64,000 nt of DNA, taken from IMG/VR virus record IMGVR_UViG_2806310985_000007, positions 9,811-73,810 of that record, one strand, 5' to 3'. Source of the stretch: a virus. Lineage: Duplodnaviria > Caudoviricetes. Below the pieces are notes generated by a model. The model searched no databases. It worked only from the letters and a program-made list of their open reading frames with translations, and was not told the DNA's origin. Shown here piece by piece: positions 56,629 through 64,000 of this stretch; within the stretch, counting starts at the first letter, position 1; the number at the start of each line of letters is the position of its first letter. A program made the position numbers and the translations under genes.

Positions 56629-57204
56629 TTAACCGAGGAAATCCTCGTCATCATCGGTTGCAAAGTCGGCTTCGGCGCTGGCCTTGCCGCCCAGGGGTTC
56701 GCCGGGACGGATGAGTTGCAGATTGTTCAGACCGCAGGCGATGCCCTTATTCCCGTTGCTATTGAAAGCGTACAGGTTGATGGACGCTCTGCCGTACACG
56801 CCGGAATACACCTCGGAGCGGGTCAGCACGGGATTGCGGTCCGCGTCCACGATACCAGGAGCGGTGGCGGAGTTGGCGTTGATGAAGTAGGCGTTCGCAT
56901 AGGCGGGATCATCGGGTCTTTCAATGTCGCCATCTCTCAGCGGGGTCTTGATTGCGGAGAGAGGAGGCACGGAGCGGCCGTTGCCCTTCAGCTTGGCCTG
57001 CCCCTCCTGGTAGGCGGCTTCAATGGCTGCCTTGATCTTTGCCACCGTCTTAGTGTCAGACTTCGGGATGATCAGCGACACCGAGTACTTCGGCGTGCCG
57101 CCGTTGATGGACTTAGGCTCCCAGACGTTGGCGTAAGACCAACGGGTGTCGGGGCCGGTGATGACCTTCATAGGGTTGTTGACTCTGTTTGTGTTCGTAG
57201 ACAT
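56629..57204 (-). CDS. ssDNA-binding protein (DUF2815, gp2.5-like)
   Basis: KYSVSLIIPK, PLRDGD, YSG.Y, GI.CGLNN.Q; acidic tail. Confidence 0.88.
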   Translation of the reverse strand: MSTNTNRVNNPMKVITGPDTRWSYANVWEPKSINGGTPKYSVSLIIPKSDTKTVAKIKAAIEAAYQEGQAKLKGNGRSVPPLSAIKTPLRDGDIERPDDPAYANAYFINANSATAPGIVDADRNPVLTRSEVYSGVYGRASINLYAFNSNGNKGIACGLNNLQLIRPGEPLGGKASAEADFATDDDEDFLG

Positions 57205-57205
57205 A

Positions 57206-58333
57206 TTACATTTCCTCCATAAAATCATTTTTTGCGGTATTCCATTCGGGCCGTTTATCGCTCGACCGCACGAGCGCCGGCCGGCCTTGCGGCTTTTCGA
57301 TGTAGGGAGCAAGAAGTTCCTCGAAGCGGGATTTTCCCAGCAGCTTCTGCATGGCGGTGATGCCGAGCAGTTTCTTTTCGTAGGGGTCAAAGCCTGTGCC
57401 CTCAACGGCTGCGGCTACAGCGGATTCGCTGGTGTATTTGCGGTTGGAGCGACCCTCGACCAGCTTCCATCCGGGGAACACCGTGCCGCTGACAGCCTGC
57501 TGGAGCGCGTATTCCTTCACGTCCGCAGCCCAGGCGGTAAGAGCGTCCACCTTATCCAGGATGTCGGCGATCTCCTCATCGGTCAGGAGGGGTGGCTCCT
57601 CAAAGTCGTACCGGACAAGCGCCAGATTTGCTTCGGCTCGTTCCCGGCATTCGGCCTTTGCCTTGCAGAACCGGCACCACTCGCCGCAGTGGAAATCACC
57701 GCCACCCTCGTATGCCAGCTTTGCCTTATAGGTCAGGTCATTCTGCGCCCATTCGAGCAGACTGTCCTTTTCCATGACGCAGACACTGATATTGGATTTC
57801 CGGGGCTGGTAGATGGTCATGCGGACGGTATCAATGTCGTAAATGCCGTCAAAGATCTCCAGCGCACCCAGGGCATACAGCATCATCTGCGGATTATCCA
57901 CGGCGCTGACCTCCACGCCTTTGCCGTGCTTATAGTCCACGATGTTCAGTTCACCGTCAGCGATGACAATGCAGTCGGCGGTGCCGAAGCCGTCCTGTAC
58001 CCAGCGGGAGAAATCCACTCGCTGCTCGATCAGGATGACCGAGTCGGTGCAGGTCTGCTTTGCGGTCTCCAGAAGCTCTGTCACATAGGCGGCATAGACG
58101 GCGGCGCAGTCCTCCATCTCCTCGTTGTACCAGGTGAGGTTTTCGATTGGATCGTTTGCCGGAATCCCCAGAGTCTGCTTTAGCCGAAACTCACAGAGCG
58201 CATGGGCGTCCGTCCCCTCGGCGGCGTAGTCGCTGCCCTTGTCCTCGTAGGCTTCGCACAGCCTTGCTGATGGCGGGCAGTTGAGCCACCTTTCAGAAGA
58301 AGAAGCGGATAAGACTGCGTGCTTAGTTGCCAT
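57206..58333 (-). CDS. DUF2800 PD-(D/E)XK exonuclease
   Basis: HA.LSAS...RW..CPPS, FGTADC, VDYKHG, Q..LYALG, C.FCK. Confidence 0.88.
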   Translation of the reverse strand: MATKHAVLSASSSERWLNCPPSARLCEAYEDKGSDYAAEGTDAHALCEFRLKQTLGIPANDPIENLTWYNEEMEDCAAVYAAYVTELLETAKQTCTDSVILIEQRVDFSRWVQDGFGTADCIVIADGELNIVDYKHGKGVEVSAVDNPQMMLYALGALEIFDGIYDIDTVRMTIYQPRKSNISVCVMEKDSLLEWAQNDLTYKAKLAYEGGGDFHCGEWCRFCKAKAECRERAEANLALVRYDFEEPPLLTDEEIADILDKVDALTAWAADVKEYALQQAVSGTVFPGWKLVEGRSNRKYTSESAVAAAVEGTGFDPYEKKLLGITAMQKLLGKSRFEELLAPYIEKPQGRPALVRSSDKRPEWNTAKNDFMEEM

Positions 58334-58640
58334 CTGCCAATTCCTCCGCTTCGGCGAGTAACGCCTTATAGTGTGCAGGGTCGATCTGTGACAGCTTGGA
58401 CGCACCGTACTTTTGAAGCAGGGTGCGGATCTCGGCGGTGTGTCCCTGGCGGGATTTGTCCGCAAGCACGGCCCTGACCTGCTCCAGCGTCAGTTCCGGT
58501 TCAGGAGGAGAAACGGGAGCATCCTCTGCCGGTTGCTCTCCGCTGAACATCTTCGTCAGCCAGTCAGCGGCATCCGAAATAGCAGCGGCAGCACTGCGGA
58601 GATCTTCGATGGTCTGTGCCATATCGCTCATTCTGCTCAT
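58323..58640 (-). CDS. Hypothetical phage replication-module protein
   Basis: TLEQVRAVLA..SR.G...LL.KYGA.KLS. Confidence 0.8.
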   Translation of the reverse strand: MSRMSDMAQTIEDLRSAAAAISDAADWLTKMFSGEQPAEDAPVSPPEPELTLEQVRAVLADKSRQGHTAEIRTLLQKYGASKLSQIDPAHYKALLAEAEELADGN

Positions 58641-58788
58641 GTAATTTTCCTCCTTCCCTGGATTTGCTCTGCTGGCGCGCGGCAGTCAGGTTGCTCGCCA
58701 GTCTCCTTGACACCACGCTGATTGCGGTCAGGACATCAACAATGTCCTCATCGGCACGGGCGTCATAATGGTTTGCGTTGTAACTCAT
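58564..58788 (-). CDS. Small hypothetical protein
   Basis: MSYNANHY..., GAAAGGAG SD; L.AISVVS.RLA..L. Confidence 0.6.
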   Translation of the reverse strand: MSYNANHYDARADEDIVDVLTAISVVSRRLASNLTAARQQSKSREGGKLHEQNERYGTDHRRSPQCCRCYFGCR

Positions 58789-58875
58789 ATCGGCGTTTTC
58801 TCCTTTCCCAAGGCGTCTTGTGTTGCCTTTCACAGACCCATCTGGACGGGAAAGGAGGAGTTGGCCGAAAGATTT

Positions 58876-59388
58876 TTAGAATTTTTCCTTGAGCCGCTTC
58901 AGCAGCTGATTGCGCTTATACACGAAGGTGTTCCGGGGTATATGCAGCCGCTCCGCGCCGGCCCGTTCAGACAGCCCGTCCGCAATGGCCATGAGGATCT
59001 CGTAGCTTTCCGGGTCGGATGACTGAAGCTCCGTAAGCAGGCCGTTCAGAATCAGGGCGTCGATATCGATCTCCGTGGTCAGCCTGCTGTCCGAAAGAAA
59101 GCTGGTACGGGAGACGCCGTTTTCGTAGGCGTTCTCCATCTCAGTGTCGATGGAAAGATGCTGGGGATCGTCTTTCGGGATGCAGCGAAATTCGCACTCC
59201 TCGCAGAGTCCATCGCATTTATAGCTTTTCTTGTACGGGATACAGCAGGCTCCTGCTCTTTGTTTTGCCTTGCGGGCAGCACCCACGAAGCGTTCCCAAT
59301 CACGCTTCTGTTCCGGGGTGACCTCGATCCACTGCTTGAGTGGACGGTAGTAGATGGTTGATGCGTTCTGATTTTCATTGATTTTCAT
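58876..59388 (-). CDS. Sigma-70 region-4-like HTH regulator
   Basis: C-terminal GLSER..AE.L.IPR.T...RNQLL; N-terminal Cys cluster. Confidence 0.75.
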   Translation of the reverse strand: MKINENQNASTIYYRPLKQWIEVTPEQKRDWERFVGAARKAKQRAGACCIPYKKSYKCDGLCEECEFRCIPKDDPQHLSIDTEMENAYENGVSRTSFLSDSRLTTEIDIDALILNGLLTELQSSDPESYEILMAIADGLSERAGAERLHIPRNTFVYKRNQLLKRLKEKF

Positions 59389-59640
59389 AAAAAGTCCTCC
59401 GTTTGTCGATTTCTCGAAACGGAGGATTCTGGTGCTGCCACAAAAGGGTGTAAAAACCTAACCGCAGTCCTGACGGAATTCTCCGTTTCGGATTGCAGCT
59501 TCCTTATCCAGTAGGCAGCTGTTTGTATTAACTTGTCCCATCAGGTGGCACTGGATCGTCCGTGGCCAACAGACGTACCGCTTGTGGGTGTGTGTTTTCA
59601 CTCACAGGTACTATTTTATTGAGATTCCGGATTTTCACGA

Positions 59641-59765
59641 GGAAGTGGGACTTCCGGTTCAAGTGGCCGAAAAAGCCTGAAAAAAGGCAAAAAAAGAAGG
59701 CCCTCATGTCTCGAAAGACATAAGAGCCTTGATTATCTTGGTTTTATACCGGAAGTGCGACTTCC
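59641..59765. promoter_or_regulatory. Two palindromic operators GGAAGT-N3-ACTTCC
   Basis: 59641-59655 and 59751-59765. Confidence 0.7.
59690..59730 (-). terminator. Terminator after the ImmA/IrrE-like gene
   Basis: AAGGCTCTTATGTCT/AGACATGAGGGCCTT followed by a U-run. Confidence 0.75.
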
Positions 59766-59768
59766 GAA

Positions 59769-61712
59769 TTATTTTTCAGGAGCGGTCATTTTGTTCCCGT
59801 TTTTAGGTAACTGTTGTGTAATTCCGGCATCTTGCAGCTTTGCATTCCACATAAAGATGTTTTCCATGTGATGGTGTTCTATCAGGTACCGATAAATGAG
59901 GAACTCCTCGGAAGCGATCATGATATTATAGCCTGCCTTTGCGATCAGATCATAGGAGAAGGAGGGATGCAGATTCAAGCCAATACATAGAGCAAGTACG
60001 CTCTGCAGTGTGGGCTTGGCATCCTTCTTGTTGCGATAATCCTGAATCATTCGTGAACTGATGCCGGTGCGTTCTTCCATCTTTTCATTGGTATATCCAC
60101 GACGTTTTACATGATAATCAAGGGTGCCGCAGAATGAGGACGGCACTTCAGCAAGAATATCTGATACCCGTTTTGCTTCGGCTGCGATAGTGATCATTTC
60201 ACGGGCACGTTTCTGTACATCTTCATTCTTGCCTTCCTTTGGATTGAAGCTGGCTTCAACAAAACTCTTTGAATCGGCATCTCTACAAAGGAAGCATATG
60301 CGGTAGAAGGAGTCATCGTATTGGGTGCTGACCCGTGTAGTGCGATTGAATACCAGACAGCACTCATCGACATGCTCTAAGGCATATTCGGTAAGGGTTG
60401 GTTCAGAATCCTCTACAATGCTTACATATTGAGGATCATTAATGACGAGCAGACCGCCAGCGTGAATAAAACGCCTCGCCGCAATATCCTCAGATAAATC
60501 CGGGTTAAGCAGGGACTGAATTATGACATTGTTGCGGTCGATGACAAAGGTTTGGCCTTTTTTTAAACTACCTTTTTTGAAGGAGAATGGCGGGTAGTTC
60601 TTACCATCGACAAAGTTGAAAACACCGGCGGCTTGCTCAAAACCGAGCTCAACAGCACGGATCTTTGCGGCTATCGTTGAGACCTTGAAAAAATCAGCGA
60701 ACTCACTGATGGCAAGCTCCATGACGTACCCTTCACGGAGACAACCACGGTATGCCCTGTGAAGTCTGTTTAGGATTTCGGAGAGTTTTGTCTTACCGGT
60801 TTTTGCAGGGATTAGAATTTTGGGAGCCAGCGCATTGGCTTGCCACTCCATCCAAGACAGCTCATCTTCGAGCTTGTTGGACTTCTTCTTATAATCCTCA
60901 ACAACGGCGCAGGAGATTGCTTGGATATCAGGGTTCAAGAGTTTCTGAAGCTCGAAGAACTTATAATGCTTGTCCCAATGGACACACTCGTGGATGACGG
61001 TATTATTTGTCGAACCGATATTTCGCATAAAAACGACATCGGGGTTAACAAGTATGGTTCCGGGGCATATAGTCTGCTCTGCTGTTTCCGTGCATGCTTT
61101 ATTTGTAAAAACCTCGACATTAGCGTCATTGAAATATGTACGCCCAAAGATACCGTCTGGTAGTGGAGCATGATAAACCGTCAGACCCATATTTTCAACA
61201 ATCTCCTTGATGGGGAGCGGTATGGGCTCATCTAACGCACGGGGACAGTATTTTTCGAGAAATCTCTCCGCATGCTTATCGAGATCTTTTGCGTAGATGT
61301 ACGGGACCAAGTATTTAGTGAGCGCATCTTCTGCTCGAAACAGTTCTCTTGAATATTCTGATGCATATCCAATGCTGACCTGTTGGAGCCCATTTCTCAA
61401 AGTTGCTGCAAAAGGTATTGAGATCCAGCATTCAGTAGAATCGCTTTCATAGTCACGTCGGCCACGGCCAGAGATTTCGATTTCCGCGCGAACTGTAACT
61501 TTGCATTCAAGCCTGTCGGTATCTGACTCATGGAAAATGACTCCCATGATTTTGAAATCACTCAATTCCACATAGGAAGGGTCAGGAACAACAGAAGTTG
61601 ATAGGTCCAAGCGACTTTTGTTGTTAAAGAGGTATGATTTAATTTTGCTAAAAATCTGGTTATAGTACACGTCCTCAAGATAGGCCGCAAATGTATCATA
61701 CTTCTTGGACAA
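59769..61712 (-). CDS. ImmA/IrrE-family metallopeptidase fused to a C-terminal XRE HTH
   Basis: TVIHECVH, EWQAN.LA..IL.P; C-terminal T.E.MEERTGIS.R.I..Y. Confidence 0.85.
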   Translation of the reverse strand: MSKKYDTFAAYLEDVYYNQIFSKIKSYLFNNKSRLDLSTSVVPDPSYVELSDFKIMGVIFHESDTDRLECKVTVRAEIEISGRGRRDYESDSTECWISIPFAATLRNGLQQVSIGYASEYSRELFRAEDALTKYLVPYIYAKDLDKHAERFLEKYCPRALDEPIPLPIKEIVENMGLTVYHAPLPDGIFGRTYFNDANVEVFTNKACTETAEQTICPGTILVNPDVVFMRNIGSTNNTVIHECVHWDKHYKFFELQKLLNPDIQAISCAVVEDYKKKSNKLEDELSWMEWQANALAPKILIPAKTGKTKLSEILNRLHRAYRGCLREGYVMELAISEFADFFKVSTIAAKIRAVELGFEQAAGVFNFVDGKNYPPFSFKKGSLKKGQTFVIDRNNVIIQSLLNPDLSEDIAARRFIHAGGLLVINDPQYVSIVEDSEPTLTEYALEHVDECCLVFNRTTRVSTQYDDSFYRICFLCRDADSKSFVEASFNPKEGKNEDVQKRAREMITIAAEAKRVSDILAEVPSSFCGTLDYHVKRRGYTNEKMEERTGISSRMIQDYRNKKDAKPTLQSVLALCIGLNLHPSFSYDLIAKAGYNIMIASEEFLIYRYLIEHHHMENIFMWNAKLQDAGITQQLPKNGNKMTAPEK

Positions 61713-61749
61713 GACACACCCTCCTAACCGAAATGGTTTGAACTAAAAT

Positions 61750-61778
61750 ATTATACCACATCTACGATGGAATATCAA
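61750..61778 (-). promoter_or_regulatory. Sigma-A promoter (leftward)
   Basis: TTGATA-N17-TATAAT with extended TG. Confidence 0.75.
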
Positions 61779-61818
61779 CCATAAACAGTGTAAATTCGAG
61801 CGTTTTCAGAGATTACTC

Positions 61819-61847
61819 TTGTGTTTTGTACACTTTCGTGATATAAT
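61819..61847 (+). promoter_or_regulatory. Sigma-A promoter (rightward)
   Basis: TTGTGT-N17-TATAAT with extended TG. Confidence 0.7.
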
Positions 61848-61901
61848 ATCTAAGTCGAGCTCTGAAACAGGCTTTTTTGGATTTAAGGAAGGGAGATCCC
61901 G

Positions 61902-62129
61902 ATGGAAGTAAGTTACAAAAAACTATGGAAGCTGCTAATCGATAAAGATATGAAAAAGAAGGATTTACTTGCTACGGCTGGCATCAGCTGGGCCTCCGTT
62001 ACGAAACTGTCCAAGGGAGAAACCGTGAGCATGGAAGTCTTAATGAAAATCTGCAAAGCATTGGACTGCAACATCGGAGATATTATGGACCTAATTCCGG
62101 AGGAGGAAACAAGTAGTGAGCAGCAGTGA
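61902..62129 (+). CDS. Cro/CI-type HTH regulator (HTH_26)
   Basis: SYKKLWKLLID..M.K.DL...GIS...KL.K. Confidence 0.9.
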   Translation: MEVSYKKLWKLLIDKDMKKKDLLATAGISWASVTKLSKGETVSMEVLMKICKALDCNIGDIMDLIPEEETSSEQQ

Positions 62130-63222
62130 CGAAATAATCGGCCATGCGAATCCGCACACCGTAAAGAAATTTGATCTTATTGAGAAGTATGTCGAAGCAT
62201 GGGCTCATATACTTCTTTTAAATCAATACTGCACAGGGCTTGTTTTTATCGATTGCATGTCTAACAGCGGAGAGTACGTAGACGACGATGGCAAGCAGGT
62301 GTTCGGTACGCCAGTCCGTGTGGCAAAATATCTCCGTCAGATTGCCGGACAGTATTTTGGCAAACAAATTGATTTATATTTTAGCGATTTGTCGGCAGCA
62401 AAGACGGCGCATCTTGAGAGCCTCATGCCCGGTGAAACCAGAAATTTTCGTTACCACATTACAACTGAAGATGGTAACGAGCTTGCAAAACGGATAGGCA
62501 ACTCTATGATAAACGGCAGACATTATCTGCTTGTTTACGATCCGTTCCAAGCGACCATTGATTGGAACGCACTATTTCCGTATATCAACAATTGGTGTGA
62601 AATAATCATTAACCACATGGTTTCGGATTCCATGAGAGCTGTCAAAATGGTAAAAAAAGATGCTGCACGAAACAAGTATGAGCAGACCTACTTGACAGAA
62701 TTGGAGAACCTCATCCCCTATGGTAGTGATAAAACGGCTTATGAAAAACGTATTGAGGAGATAATCAAAGCACTTCGTCGGAAGACTTCCCGGCAATACT
62801 ACATAGCTGCTTTTCCGTTTTTTAATGAAAAAAACGCAATCGTATACGATTTAATCCATTGCACAAGTAATCTGAAGGGATTCCAGCTGTATAAGAAATG
62901 TGCGTGGCAGACATTCGGCGGCAAATCTTCCACGAAAAATACGCATGGCTTAGAAAACCAGCTTATGCTTGACTTTGAGAGCAAAGGCGTAGTGAAGACG
63001 CACACCGACGAGTTTTGCTTTTACATTAAAGATATTGCTGAGTATCTACAGAAGTCATTTAATGGGCAGTCCGATGTTCCTATGAGCGATGTATGGGCAT
63101 TACTGGATAACCATCCAATTTTCCCTTCCGATGGATTCAGGTCTCAGATAAAAAATGAACTGAAACAAAATCACGGTGCCAGCGTAAGTAGGAGCACCAT
63201 AAGTTTTGTCGATAGGAGCTGA
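62116..63222 (+). CDS. Three-Cys-motif partner (TcmP)-like SAM-binding/methyltransferase-fold protein
   Basis: HT..KF.L...Y..AW, FIDCMSNSG, GTP, VYDPF, Y.LIHCT...KG...K. Confidence 0.7.
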   Translation: MSSSDEIIGHANPHTVKKFDLIEKYVEAWAHILLLNQYCTGLVFIDCMSNSGEYVDDDGKQVFGTPVRVAKYLRQIAGQYFGKQIDLYFSDLSAAKTAHLESLMPGETRNFRYHITTEDGNELAKRIGNSMINGRHYLLVYDPFQATIDWNALFPYINNWCEIIINHMVSDSMRAVKMVKKDAARNKYEQTYLTELENLIPYGSDKTAYEKRIEEIIKALRRKTSRQYYIAAFPFFNEKNAIVYDLIHCTSNLKGFQLYKKCAWQTFGGKSSTKNTHGLENQLMLDFESKGVVKTHTDEFCFYIKDIAEYLQKSFNGQSDVPMSDVWALLDNHPIFPSDGFRSQIKNELKQNHGASVSRSTISFVDRS

Positions 63223-63226
63223 TCCA

Positions 63227-64000
63227 ATGAAAAAGGTAAAAGGTTACATCGAAAGAAAAACCATGCTCTACAAAACCGGTGTAGAGTATGGCGACTATAC
63301 GATGAATCATATTCAGGGCTGTGCTCATGGCTGTAAGTATCCCTGCTACGCTTTTATGATGAAGAAGCGTTTCGGACAAATAAAAACCTATGAGGAATGG
63401 CTGGAGCCCTATTTGGTATCAAACACACTGGAACTGCTGGATAAGGAAATTCCTCGGCTGAAGGATAAAATCCAATCTGTGCAGTTGTGCTTTTCAACGG
63501 ACCCGTTTATGTATCAGTATCCCGAAATACAGAAGATGAGCTTAGCGTCGATCAAGAAGCTCAATGAATCCGGGATAAAGTGTTCTGTTCTAACAAAGGG
63601 TGTTTTGCCGTTTGAACTGGAGGGGTTTTCAAAAGAAAACGAGTATGGTATCACGCTGATTACCACAAATGAAGCGTTCAGAAAACATATGGAACCGGGA
63701 GCTGCACCTTGGAAAAAGCGGCTTACAGCACTAAGAGCGTTACATAACGCCGGGTGTAAAACATGGGTAAGTATTGAGCCGTTCCCGACACCTAACATTG
63801 TCAGACAAGACTTACAGGTGTTGCTGGAGGAAGTGAGCTTCGTTGACCGGATCATATTCGGTCGGATGAATTACAGCACCGAAGTTACTGCTTATACACA
63901 ACACAAGCAGTTCTTCAATGACAGGGCCGCAGAGGTAATAGCATTCTGTAATGAGCATGGTATCAGTTACCACATCAAAGATGGAACGATAACTGAATAA
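63227..64000 (+). CDS. Radical SAM-like protein (SplB-related)
   Basis: N...GCAHGCKYPCYA, STDPF, LTK, EPGA....RL.AL, WVSIEP. Confidence 0.8.
   Translation: MKKVKGYIERKTMLYKTGVEYGDYTMNHIQGCAHGCKYPCYAFMMKKRFGQIKTYEEWLEPYLVSNTLELLDKEIPRLKDKIQSVQLCFSTDPFMYQYPEIQKMSLASIKKLNESGIKCSVLTKGVLPFELEGFSKENEYGITLITTNEAFRKHMEPGAAPWKKRLTALRALHNAGCKTWVSIEPFPTPNIVRQDLQVLLEEVSFVDRIIFGRMNYSTEVTAYTQHKQFFNDRAAEVIAFCNEHGISYHIKDGTITE

Larger units (their letters stand above)
17287..64000. mobile_element. Prophage 2 (siphovirus, serine-recombinase type); right boundary outside the window
   Basis: Complete integration, lysis, tail, head, packaging, replication and regulatory modules. Confidence 0.9.

Noticed and set aside
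57206-58333. Cas4-like nuclease as evidence of CRISPR
   Set aside because: It sits in the standard DUF2800-DUF2815-PolA phage replication module; no array is present.

Overview
The window comes from a Firmicutes (Clostridia-like) genome and is almost entirely mobile DNA. (1) 1..~16390 is the right part of a tyrosine-integrase prophage. Its leftward early region carries an SF3 primase/helicase, several DUF6353-like paralogs and a SleB-like hydrolase, and is punctuated by a repeated 25-nt promoter-like motif and terminators with a shared loop. (2) An IS110 element (11950..13560) is inserted in that prophage. Its CT core, reconstructed empty target, circle-junction promoter and four bridge-RNA guide segments can all be read from the sequence, and its target is a Shine-Dalgarno site. 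(3) 16395..17286 is an internal fragment of a restriction-modification (nuclease + N6-MTase) gene, cut on each side by a different element. (4) ~17287..>64000 is a second, apparently complete siphovirus prophage. It has a two-serine-recombinase cassette, lysis, tail (with a GH18 enzyme), head and packaging genes, a MetK/MTase/amidoligase insert, PolA-type replication genes, a sigma-like regulator, an ImmA/IrrE-HTH gene and a divergent HTH-TcmP-radical SAM cargo operon. Family names are recalled from motifs; no database search was run.
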